Source: a virus
Virus record (IMG/VR): IMGVR_UViG_3300022561_000003
Strand: one strand, 5' to 3'
DNA length: 64,000 nucleotides
Shown here: positions 51,132 through 60,674 of the stretch, piece by piece
How the letters are laid out: each line of letters begins with the position of its first letter
How positions within the stretch are numbered: the stretch's first letter is position 1
Notes under the pieces: generated by a model
What the model saw: the letters and a program-made list of their open reading frames with translations, nothing else
Database searches by the model: none
Told to the model about the DNA's origin: nothing
Position numbers and translations under genes: made by a program

Positions 51132-51480
51132 TATATCTCACATCCTTTCATTACAAATTTATTTTCTCCCACAAATTAATAAAAACAGAAGAGGCGAGGA
51201 GGGATCTCGCACTAATCCATAGGAGCTACCCATGAATCTCTTCTATCCTGTGAATAAGAATACTCACAATTCAATTTACTATAAAATAAACTGAATTCTA
51301 AATATTATTTAATTGTTAAATATTAAACAGAGAGAATACCAGAATCGACACCCTACGTTAAGATTCATATTCTCTCTAAAATTTGATTAGCACCAGTTAG
51401 TCCATACTAATCTTCACACTCTGTACAAAGTGTATTATACTGTCTACAGTGAGCATCACATGAAAGGTGAGAGGCTTTAG

Positions 51481-51553
51481 AGGACTCATTGGGGATCGAA
51501 CCCTCGATTAGAATCGTGAAGGTCATCTTGCCTTACCACTTGGCTACTCTACT
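51481..51553 (-). pseudogene. Degenerate tRNA remnant
   Basis: D-arm TAGCCAAGTGGTAAGGCA and T-loop GGTTCGATCC present; acceptor stem not formed. Confidence 0.45.
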
Positions 51554-51613
51554 ACAATTAAATCTAGTTTACTTTTCTATTATTCCACAGGAAGAAACTA
51601 GGAAAGAAACCGT

Positions 51614-51689
51614 TGGAGCTTTCGATAGGATTTGAACCTACGCAAAACTGATTACAAAACAGACACTCTACCAACTGAGTTACGAAAGC
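51614..51689 (-). tRNA. tRNA-Thr(UGU) with encoded CCA and a weakened anticodon stem
   Basis: GCTTTCG/CGAAAGC acceptor, ACTC-AGTTGGTA-GAGT D-arm, TT-TGT-AA loop, GTAGG-TTCAAAT-CCTAT T-arm; two T-T mismatches in the anticodon stem. Confidence 0.7.
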
Positions 51690-51735
51690 ATAGAAATGGA
51701 AGGTTCCTTATGCCAAAGTCACCTACAACCCGATT

Positions 51736-51809
51736 AGAACGGAATGAGATTTGAACTCATATCTTATAATCTTATAGGAAAATGCTTTATCCAATTAAGC
51801 TATCCATTC
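51736..51809 (-). pseudogene. tRNA-like gene with a collapsed anticodon arm
   Basis: Acceptor GAATGGA/TCCGTTC, D-arm GCTT-AATTGGATA-AAGC and T-arm ATGAG-TTCAAAT-CTCAT intact; anticodon stem unpaired. Confidence 0.55.
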
Positions 51810-51932
51810 ATAAATGATCCATTATTGCGAACCTGCCATGAATCAAGGCGACTCTGATTTTTCCGTTGTCAGGCAACTGCCATCCCATTCGTATGGTATT
51901 AATATTCTTATAAAAGCATACTTTTAAAACAT

Positions 51933-52005
51933 TGTGGGTAAAGGACTTACACCTTTTCTTTATCTCCGTTATATAGGAGTGTCTCGATTCTTATGACATA
52001 CCCAC
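51933..52005 (-). pseudogene. tRNA-like structure with atypical loops
   Basis: GTGGGTA/TACCCAC acceptor, CTCC/GGAG arm with 8-nt loop, AAAGG-TGTAAGT-CCTTT arm. Confidence 0.45.
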
Positions 52006-52177
52006 ACTCTTAAATCATCCATTAAGGCAGGAATTCTCCGTTACTTTAATTTTTCGCCAAAGTAATAAATGCTAGTAAGTCTTAATCTTACGCTCCTGTT
52101 GTATAAATATTACATGATAAACCCTCCTATTACGTAGCATGAATCTGGTCGCAAGCGGGGCAGATTTTTGATTCTTA

Positions 52178-53452
52178 TTACATAACTATTAATCCATTTT
52201 TATTAAAATCCATATACATAATGTCTAATTCTTTCTCTAGTTTCCTGAGATGTGTATAGTCAATTCGAATTAATCTAATACCATTTTTATTACAATATTC
52301 ATTTTTTAAAATATCATGAGCTTGTGTAATTATGAATCTTTCATCCCCACCTAATCTTGTTGATGCTACAAAATGTTGTAATCCATCAAATTCAAGAATG
52401 TGGTTAAGTTTTGTTTGTTCTTTATCATCGAATATTGCAAAATCAAATCTTAGAAAACCACCTTTAGAACCTTTTAAATCTCTAAATATATATTCTTGTT
52501 TAAAATTAATTCCACCAGCAGTTAAAAACTTTCTTATTTTCTTTTCGCCTTTAGATTTATTACATAAAGGACATCCTGTTTCGCTTCTAACACCTTGATA
52601 ATTCTTTTCTTGAATTACATTAGGATGATTTTCACATATATATTTTATATGTTGTGAATCACTAGTATAAGTTTGCCCCTCTATTATATGTAACCCCACC
52701 TTCTCAAATTCGCTAAATACAAATTCTTGAGATAGTCTTGTTGCTAATTGACTATTTGTTATGCATTTTTTAGCAATATCTTTATTTCGTATTCTTTTTA
52801 TTCTTCTGTTTTTATCACACTCAGGGCATCTTGTTCCAGATAAAAAACTAGTTGGCAATATCTCATATTCATAATTATTACATTTTTTACAGTTATGTCT
52901 TATTTTTATCTTATTAGAATAACCTTTATATTCTTCTAATAAGGTATATTCGTCTTGAACTAATTCATAAACTCTATCTATTAGATTTTGAGTTGTCATA
53001 GTATTTTTTTCTATATATATCTTTGTTCCACATTCATTACATTGGCGTTTATTCGCATTTTTAAATGTATCAAATGTTGTTTTAAATATATTGCCACATT
53101 CACATTGAATCTCTATTTTTACTTTTGTAGAAATATAATCTTCTTTCTTAGTAATTAAAGTACATCCATTCCCTAATTCACCATTAATATATTCTTTTAT
53201 ATTTTCATAAGGGATACTCATAATTTTTTTAAAGTTATTTTGACTACAGATATCACATTGTTTTTTAGGATTTTTCTTAGTATAAAAGTTATCCAGTTGA
53301 ACTTCAAACTCAGTTTTATCAGAGCATCCACATCTTAATCGTAAAATTATTCTATTTCTTTTTCCTCTTTCTTCTACTCTATAATCTAAAAATTCACAAG
53401 AACTTTCCTTTTCTACATAAATTTTTAAACTATCACTATTCCATTTAGCCAT
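52178..53452 (-). CDS. Zinc-ribbon repeat / PD-(D/E)XK-type putative endonuclease
   Basis: CGC, CECG, RCPEC; LRFDFAI..ILEFDGLQH..D..K. Confidence 0.75.
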   Translation of the reverse strand: MAKWNSDSLKIYVEKESSCEFLDYRVEERGKRNRIILRLRCGCSDKTEFEVQLDNFYTKKNPKKQCDICSQNNFKKIMSIPYENIKEYINGELGNGCTLITKKEDYISTKVKIEIQCECGNIFKTTFDTFKNANKRQCNECGTKIYIEKNTMTTQNLIDRVYELVQDEYTLLEEYKGYSNKIKIRHNCKKCNNYEYEILPTSFLSGTRCPECDKNRRIKRIRNKDIAKKCITNSQLATRLSQEFVFSEFEKVGLHIIEGQTYTSDSQHIKYICENHPNVIQEKNYQGVRSETGCPLCNKSKGEKKIRKFLTAGGINFKQEYIFRDLKGSKGGFLRFDFAIFDDKEQTKLNHILEFDGLQHFVASTRLGGDERFIITQAHDILKNEYCNKNGIRLIRIDYTHLRKLEKELDIMYMDFNKNGLIVM

Positions 53453-53561
53453 TTTAATTCTAATCTCCTCTGTTTTTTATTTAAACAAAAGAGGGTAGGA
53501 ATACAGCCTACCACTCAACTCCAAAATCGAATCACAGTCGAAAGGAGTTATTATTTAATTG

Positions 53562-53777
53562 TTATACTTCTTCTAAAATATCTTCTGAAATTCTTTTATA
53601 TAATTCTGCTATATCTTTCTCAGCTTCTCTATATCCAATCTCGTACATTTCCAAAAGTGTACATCCTAAACATCCACCTTCAGATATATTCTCAATAGCG
53701 GAATTTACTAAATCCTCTTTAGTCATTACTTCTTCCTCACAATTTTCACCACATATACATTCTTTAGAATCACACAT
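53562..53777 (-). CDS. Small Cys/acidic protein (probable start MCDSK)
   Basis: GAGGAG RBS before ATG at 53777; CLGC motif. Confidence 0.6.
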   Translation of the reverse strand: MCDSKECICGENCEEEVMTKEDLVNSAIENISEGGCLGCTLLEMYEIGYREAEKDIAELYKRISEDILEEV

Positions 53778-54004
53778 ATAAATACATCTCCTCAATTCCT
53801 TATTTTTAGAAAGTCCTCAGTTAAGGTAGAGGACAACCACCTTGCGTTAGATTTACGCATTAGACGTTAATAGAAAATGACCACCTACACTTTCTCCATA
53901 TATCATGGGCTATTGGGCAGCAGTAATTTAAAATCTTTAGTAAACTAGACATAATTTTTAGTCACTAGCAATGGATTTTAACTCATTGGTAAATTATTAT
54001 TTAA

Positions 54005-54619
54005 TTATATAATGTCATCCAATGAACAATCTTCCCCTATTATAAAATCTACAAATCCATTTGCTTTAGCTTCTTTTGCAAACATATACCATTCGGAGCC
54101 ATATTTTTTATCATATACTTTTGAAGTTAATGTACTATGAGCTAATACAAATTCTTTAGTTCTCTTTTCTAAATCTTTATAGAAGTTTGCTGTGTCAGCT
54201 AGCTTTGACATTGAATTATACATAACCGAGGAACCATCATGCAAAAGAAAGGTTGAAAAGCTTTGAGTATATCTTTTATGACCAGCTATTCCAATTAAGA
54301 ATCCCATAGAATATTCAATTCCAAGGTTAACTGTATATACAGGAGTTTTAGAAGTTAAAATTGTATCAATGAGGGAAAATCCCGTTGTCACCATGCCTCC
54401 TGGAGAATTGACATATATGATTATTGGTTTTCTATCTTCTACTGCAAAACCCTTGTCTTCTTGATTCCATGCCATGATTCTTAAAACTGCATCCTCAATT
54501 AAATTATCATCTATCTCATTATTTATTATAATTTTCCTCTGTTTTAGGTGGTCTAAATAAATTATGTCATCATAGTAATAACTCACCGATGCTTTCATTT
54601 CTTGAACTTCTTTTTCCAT
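54005..54619 (-). CDS. clpP: ClpP-like protease subunit
   Basis: YVNSPGG, YSMG (catalytic Ser), LLHDG (His). Confidence 0.8.
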   Translation of the reverse strand: MEKEVQEMKASVSYYYDDIIYLDHLKQRKIIINNEIDDNLIEDAVLRIMAWNQEDKGFAVEDRKPIIIYVNSPGGMVTTGFSLIDTILTSKTPVYTVNLGIEYSMGFLIGIAGHKRYTQSFSTFLLHDGSSVMYNSMSKLADTANFYKDLEKRTKEFVLAHSTLTSKVYDKKYGSEWYMFAKEAKANGFVDFIIGEDCSLDDII

Positions 54620-54663
54620 AATATATCTCCTTTATTCCTTGAATTATTATTTAATTGTTAAAT

Positions 54664-55875
54664 TTAATTTAATAAAATCTTAAAACTTCCTTTTCTACAT
54701 TTGCCATCCTCATAAATATCTAACTTAGCAGAAGCTTTTGCTCCACCAAAATAGTTATCATCAGAGAATTCATCGCTTCCCATTATAGAGGGAATAAACA
54801 CAACTTCACAATCATGAGTTGATGCTTCATTAGTTGTAGCTTGAAAATCATGATGTAAATGTCCAAAGTAGGCAACATCATAAAACTTTCTATGTAACTG
54901 GCTAGCGTTAGCAATTGCAGTTTTAGAGCTCTTAATTTTCTGTCCATGTTGAGCAAATATATTATAATTAAATATTTTAAAATCTAAGAATTTACCATTA
55001 TATTCAGGAATTTTAATCCTTGGATTATCTAATAATACATCATGTATATATGCAACTATTATTCGTTCCATATTCTCAAATGTAAATGATTTATCGCCGA
55101 AAGCTCTAATTTCTGAATGATTTCCACAAAGTACATGATGATAAGTAATCGGCATAAACTTACTAATCTCTGTTAGAAACTTAACCATATATCTTGCAAC
55201 TTTTATAGATTGATCTGTTAATCCATATTGTAAACTAGCTAATTGAGATATCCTTAGAGTCATTCCCTCAACATCGTCTCCGCAATTTAATATATGTAAT
55301 TGAGATATATTCTGCTCAATGCAAGCTTGTTTAGTTTCTGAAATTAATTTATTCATACGTTCATAGAATATGTCTTCAGAGTAAGAATTATTAACTGAGA
55401 AAAATATCTTGCCGAAATGAAAATCTGAAATCCCAAGTAGTCCTATCTTTGTTGCTCCTTGAGTTACTTGAAGAGGTTCAAAGTCCGGAACTTCTATTTT
55501 AATTATAGATTCCTTAACTTCATCAAAGAACATTTCTAATCTGGAATCCTGTCTCATCCATTTGTTATATTCAAGTTTAGTTGTACTAAATTTAATTCTT
55601 TCTTTTTTAAGCTCTTGTAATTTTAATTCAACTTCATCTAATATGGTATTGTCAGAAATACTATTTATTTTTTCTTCATCGAGTAATTGCAAAGTATATT
55701 TAGATCCGTACATCTCCCTGCGACATACATCTGAAGACAATTTCTGTTTATATACGAGCTCTGATAAATCTACATAATCCTCATCAGACAATGTTTTATC
55801 AACCAATTTACCAAATACAAGGCGTTTGTGAAACTCAAATTCAGTTTCATTTTCATGCTTAATCAAATCTTCCAC
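54664..55875 (-). CDS. Calcineurin-like metallophosphoesterase with N-terminal helical domain
   Basis: SDFHFG, GDDVEG, GNH, HG, GHLH. Confidence 0.85.
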   Translation of the reverse strand: MEDLIKHENETEFEFHKRLVFGKLVDKTLSDEDYVDLSELVYKQKLSSDVCRREMYGSKYTLQLLDEEKINSISDNTILDEVELKLQELKKERIKFSTTKLEYNKWMRQDSRLEMFFDEVKESIIKIEVPDFEPLQVTQGATKIGLLGISDFHFGKIFFSVNNSYSEDIFYERMNKLISETKQACIEQNISQLHILNCGDDVEGMTLRISQLASLQYGLTDQSIKVARYMVKFLTEISKFMPITYHHVLCGNHSEIRAFGDKSFTFENMERIIVAYIHDVLLDNPRIKIPEYNGKFLDFKIFNYNIFAQHGQKIKSSKTAIANASQLHRKFYDVAYFGHLHHDFQATTNEASTHDCEVVFIPSIMGSDEFSDDNYFGGAKASAKLDIYEDGKCRKGSFKILLN

Positions 55876-55945
55876 TAAATCCCCTCCATTCCTTATTTGA
55901 ATAAGACAGAGGAGATTATCTCACGATAGCTCTTGTCTTTATTTC

Positions 55946-56134
55946 CTAAACTTCTTCTTTATTCTGAATTGCGATAGTTATTTCTTTGCCTAATAATTCT
56001 TTTAGATCACTGTAAAACAATGTATCTAAACTTCCTTCTTTTAGATCTTTTACGGTTATACCAGTTTCATTTATAGAAACGAGCTCACCCTTTAGTGTAA
56101 TTTTGAGTAATTCATTTCGTTCAGTTTTTATCAT
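55946..56134 (-). CDS. YonK-like small protein
   Basis: Size, sequence pattern and SPbeta synteny next to the phosphoesterase. Confidence 0.55.
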   Translation of the reverse strand: MIKTERNELLKITLKGELVSINETGITVKDLKEGSLDTLFYSDLKELLGKEITIAIQNKEEV

Positions 56135-56167
56135 TTTGATAATTCCTCCCTTATTTCCTAATTTAAT

Positions 56168-57631
56168 TTATATTTTAAATATTTCTTCACTGTCCGGTAT
56201 TATTGCTTCAACATGTAAATTTTCACCAATCAACTTTTGTAAATTTAAACTTCCAGAAAGATTCCCATGATTTATAAATACTTTCTTAAGCTTTCCTTTT
56301 TTACTCGTCTTAAGTAATTCAACTAATTGATTACAATCTGCGTGAGAACTGAATTCCATAAGTTCTATATTTGCATTTATTTTTACTGGTTTGCCTTCTA
56401 TTCTGATAGTTTTTTGAGTAGTTTCTAATAATCTACGTCCCAAAGTTGAAGCACCTTGAAATCCCGTTAACAACAATTTACAATTCTTAGTTGGTAGAAA
56501 GTTAGCAAGATGTTTTAGAATTCTTCCACCATTACACATTCCACTACTAGAGATAATTATTTTTGTATCTCCATTAGCAAGTAATTTACTTGATTTAGCA
56601 TCACTAGTATATAAAACCTGTTTCCATCTGAATAAATCTCCTAATTCAGCATCCCTTTGAATATCTCTTTCATTCCAAAATTCTCTATTATCATCAACAA
56701 CTTTTTGACTTTTACATGCCATAGGACTATCTAAATAAATAGGGATATTATTAAATTTACCTTCAGCTTTTAGACATACTTCTCTCAGTAACCATAATAA
56801 TTCTGAACTTCTCTGAATTGAGAAACTAGCAATTAATAAAGTCTTCTTATGAGAAATACAAGTATCTTCAATAGCTTTAGTCATTATTTCTAATGGATTA
56901 TTCTTAGGATGTAATCTATCACCATAAGTACTTTCACAGATAACATAATTTACTTCGCCTATATCTGCTGCTATTGGAACAAATGCATGTTCACCATCTT
57001 TACCACTTGTATCTCCTGTAAATAATATCGTTTTAAATTTGTATTCATCAATTCTATATTTAATTAAAACCATTGAAGCACCGAGCATATGACCTGCCGG
57101 GATAAATGTAATTGTAGTGAATTTATCTAAAGGAATTTCTTTATTAAAGTCATATCCTTGTAACATACTTACACATTCCTGAGCTTCACCCATTGTATAT
57201 AATGGTTCTATTTCAATTCCATCTTTATTTTTAATTCTCTTATCTTTTGATTTTTTATCATTCTCATATTTACATTGGGCTCCATTTAAATAAGCGGCGT
57301 CTAGCATATTAATAGCACAGAACTCTACTGTAGGAACCGTAGCCAGTAGTTTACCTTTGAATGATACATTTTTAGTCAGCATAGGTAATCTCCCTACATG
57401 GTCTAAATGAGCATGAGTAAGGATTGCATAGGATATATCTTTTACTTCAAATTCAAAAGGTCTAGCATTTATGCTTTGTATAGTTTCAAAACTTTTTGCT
57501 GAATCTTGAAGTAATCCACAATCAATTATGATTTTTAAACCATTTGGAAACGTTAATAATGTGCATGATCCGGTAACTACATTATTAGCTCCTAAAAATT
57601 GTATTTTTATATCAGTATCCCGTTTCTCCAT
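56168..57631 (-). CDS. MBL-fold beta-CASP ribonuclease
   Basis: THAHLDH, GHMLG, TGD, ESTYGDR, SSGM, SSHAD. Confidence 0.9.
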   Translation of the reverse strand: MEKRDTDIKIQFLGANNVVTGSCTLLTFPNGLKIIIDCGLLQDSAKSFETIQSINARPFEFEVKDISYAILTHAHLDHVGRLPMLTKNVSFKGKLLATVPTVEFCAINMLDAAYLNGAQCKYENDKKSKDKRIKNKDGIEIEPLYTMGEAQECVSMLQGYDFNKEIPLDKFTTITFIPAGHMLGASMVLIKYRIDEYKFKTILFTGDTSGKDGEHAFVPIAADIGEVNYVICESTYGDRLHPKNNPLEIMTKAIEDTCISHKKTLLIASFSIQRSSELLWLLREVCLKAEGKFNNIPIYLDSPMACKSQKVVDDNREFWNERDIQRDAELGDLFRWKQVLYTSDAKSSKLLANGDTKIIISSSGMCNGGRILKHLANFLPTKNCKLLLTGFQGASTLGRRLLETTQKTIRIEGKPVKINANIELMEFSSHADCNQLVELLKTSKKGKLKKVFINHGNLSGSLNLQKLIGENLHVEAIIPDSEEIFKI

Positions 57632-57949
57632 GAAACTTGACCTCTCTTCCTTGAATTTATAATTATTGTTTAATTGTTGTTTAAAAAAATATAATGGTAG
57701 AGCAGATATTACTCTGCCCTATTAAACCACTTTTCGTTAAAGGAGCCTATTTAATGCCGAGGCACGAAGGCTTATTAAAGGTAAGTCGAATTGCTATAAT
57801 TGACTTCAACCTCAAATTATTATTTAGTTGTATAATAAAAATTAATTCAATTATATACTATATACGGAACAGATACAAAGTTGTGAGCACGTTGATACAT
57901 CTAGTTTAGAAGGGTGCTAAAATTATTTTGCCTTGCAATTTCAGCAATT

Positions 57950-60667
57950 TTACAATAAATCACCTCTTTTTACCTTTTGATATTTATCCCCAAATATGTT
58001 AAAATCATAATTGTTTTTAATTTTTATTAACACTTCATCACTATTCATATTATCATTTTTAAAGCATTTTAATGTTTGAGGTTTTTTAGAAATATATAAA
58101 AGGTTTAAAACTAACATACTATATTTTTTAAATCCAAATTTATCATCTTTTGCATTACCGAAACTTTGTTTAAAAATAGAAAGAATAGTAGAATCATTTG
58201 GTTTTAACTTTTTTAAATTATCAACCGAGTCTTGTTTTGCTTTTCTTTCTACTGTTTTTTTAGCCTTATCATTTAAGGTACATGTTTTTGTTTTTAAGCC
58301 ATTTATTTTCTTACCACATTTTTCTATAATACTAAATATAGCTAAGGCACTATTTATTTGATATATTCCATCTAAATCTTTTGTTTTAACTAATAAATCA
58401 ATAAGTTGTTTGTGCTTCTCTCCTTTATTATAGTTTGCATTTTTAAATATTAATACTTCCTGAAGGATATCCAAGGGTGTGTTAAATTTTTCATATAGCC
58501 TATATTCACTAAAGTCAGAAATCATATTGAAAAAATTAGGCACAACCATTTTATTAGCCATCTGATCATAGGTATCTAATTCTTGTTTATATCTTATATA
58601 AGGTATTTGTTTAATTCTATTTAACTCTTTACTCATGCTTATATTATCAAATACCTTTTTACTTTTATCAATTTCTATTTGAGACATACTTGAAAGTCTA
58701 CTACTCGCCTGATATAATTCGTCAATTACTTCCTTTGATTCTCCTTTTGAGATAGCATCATTTAAATAGGAGTTAATTATTTGAGAAGTATTTACTATTT
58801 TACCTATATAATTATTACTCAACAGGATATCTAATTTTTGTAATTCTATCATGTTATTTTTCCTTGGTTTAGAACTTCCTTCAACCCTATTAATTGGAGT
58901 TGCAAAATTCTCTTCACAATATTTAGCCTTTTCAACTAATATTGGATGTGGAACGAGTAAATTTGTATCAGAATCTGTATCTTCTCCCTGGAGTCTATCT
59001 GGCATATCATTATCAAAAAAATTAACAGCCATGATATTTTTAGTTAAGTTAAACCATTTATATTCATCATGATTTTTATTTTTAGAGTACATGACATTTC
59101 CCGAATTGATGTGGGGATTTCGGGACACACAAAATTCCTGTCCATCGTTATAATAATCGCAAAATACTTCTCTACCTTGCATTATCGATTCCCCTTTATA
59201 TTTACCTATACATGCAAGTAACATTTCATATGGATTAGACATTATAGTTACATATTTAGTATCTTTGAGTCTAATTTTACCTTCTCTTAAGTGACTTATA
59301 TAATTAAAGATTAGTTTCTTTTTCATATCTTTAAATTTTGTAGTATATTGCATATCAGAATTTACTAGTAGCAAAGCGTTCATAAGTTCTGTATTCTCAT
59401 ATAAGCTAATGTCACCTTCCTCCATATTTTTCTCGAATTTTAAACTTAATTTAGCATCACAGCCTAGATAATTCCTAAATACTGCAAAGTCATTCTTAAG
59501 TAGCATAACGTATTCTCTTTCAAGTTCTGTGATAGTCATGAGCTCATCAAATGTTAAATTAGGTATACTATTAAGGAGTTGATATGTAGTTCGGTTATAG
59601 CTTCCATAGTTACCTTCCTTATCACATTTAACTACCCCAAATATATTATCTACATTTTCTTTCCAGTAATCAAAACATTCTGTAGGATTTCCATTTCCTA
59701 TCTTATATGCAAATTTTAATATCTTCAGAGAATTAGGAGTAGTAACTAATTTTATTTTACTTGCATCATAGGTATTTCCAAACATATCATTAATAGTTTC
59801 TACTCCATTTTCTTCAAACCATTTAGTCAATTTAGTGTTAAATCCACAGCATTTAACAAAATCACTTCGTAGCAACATAAATCCTTTGTCTTTTTTATCA
59901 TACTTTTCAAATACTGACTCATCAAGTAATCCCTGACCATCTGTTAGACAATTCTGTATTTTAACCATTTGATTACTAGTTGTTATTACTTTATTTTTTT
60001 CTTCTGTTACGCTGGCTAAACTATCAAACTCTAAGCCATATATATCTTCAATTATTAATATTTCTGTTTTTGGATCTAACTCAATTGTAAAATCTATTCC
60101 TGAAGATATTAAACTTTCATAAGCAAGTAGAGAAGTAAGGTCAAGCAATTCATCCTTCTCAAATATTAGTCCTAATCTACTTCTGTTTATTAGTTTATCT
60201 CGCATATCGTCTTGGATAAATAAAGCAAATCCATTTTTAGCTTTTCCAGCTCCTCTTTTATAGAAAACATATTTAATATCGTCCATAATAAATCCATTTT
60301 CATATATATATCTTCTGATTTTCTTTTTATTAGCTTTTAGTGTTCTTTTACCTTTTTTTGTTTCTCCTTCTTTATCTAACCATTCTTCTTCGGCATTCCA
60401 AATACTATAATTTTGATCAAAAGTTAAGTTTATTATTTTTTTAGTATATTGTTTATTATTAACAGTATAAAAAGTATCTGGAAACATCTTAGACATTCGT
60501 ATAGACTCTAAACTGTAGGGGATAGTGGCCGAGAATAATTTAGCCAAATCCCTATTCTTATATGTTATTTTTTTATTTTCCAGAATGTCTTTATATATGT
60601 AGCAAGCTTCTAAATTCATAACAAAAGTATTTTCTTTTTTCAAAGCCATTCCCCCTAAAATTATCAT
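57950..60667 (-). CDS. YonO-like single-subunit DNA-dependent RNA polymerase (double-psi beta-barrel, RdRP-like)
   Basis: 905 aa; LTDGQG, K.VKC, RNPH and metal-binding GEDTDSD (DxDxD); SPbeta synteny. Confidence 0.82.
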   Translation of the reverse strand: MIILGGMALKKENTFVMNLEACYIYKDILENKKITYKNRDLAKLFSATIPYSLESIRMSKMFPDTFYTVNNKQYTKKIINLTFDQNYSIWNAEEEWLDKEGETKKGKRTLKANKKKIRRYIYENGFIMDDIKYVFYKRGAGKAKNGFALFIQDDMRDKLINRSRLGLIFEKDELLDLTSLLAYESLISSGIDFTIELDPKTEILIIEDIYGLEFDSLASVTEEKNKVITTSNQMVKIQNCLTDGQGLLDESVFEKYDKKDKGFMLLRSDFVKCCGFNTKLTKWFEENGVETINDMFGNTYDASKIKLVTTPNSLKILKFAYKIGNGNPTECFDYWKENVDNIFGVVKCDKEGNYGSYNRTTYQLLNSIPNLTFDELMTITELEREYVMLLKNDFAVFRNYLGCDAKLSLKFEKNMEEGDISLYENTELMNALLLVNSDMQYTTKFKDMKKKLIFNYISHLREGKIRLKDTKYVTIMSNPYEMLLACIGKYKGESIMQGREVFCDYYNDGQEFCVSRNPHINSGNVMYSKNKNHDEYKWFNLTKNIMAVNFFDNDMPDRLQGEDTDSDTNLLVPHPILVEKAKYCEENFATPINRVEGSSKPRKNNMIELQKLDILLSNNYIGKIVNTSQIINSYLNDAISKGESKEVIDELYQASSRLSSMSQIEIDKSKKVFDNISMSKELNRIKQIPYIRYKQELDTYDQMANKMVVPNFFNMISDFSEYRLYEKFNTPLDILQEVLIFKNANYNKGEKHKQLIDLLVKTKDLDGIYQINSALAIFSIIEKCGKKINGLKTKTCTLNDKAKKTVERKAKQDSVDNLKKLKPNDSTILSIFKQSFGNAKDDKFGFKKYSMLVLNLLYISKKPQTLKCFKNDNMNSDEVLIKIKNNYDFNIFGDKYQKVKRGDLL

Positions 60668-60674
60668 TTAGTTG

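Noticed and set aside
51132-52177. tmRNA, RNase P or SRP RNA
   Set aside because: No tmRNA termini, tag ORF or other diagnostic motifs were found.
57700-57790. Pistol or twister ribozyme (TTAAATAG resembles the pistol linker)
   Set aside because: The required P1/pseudoknot geometry could not be built by eye.
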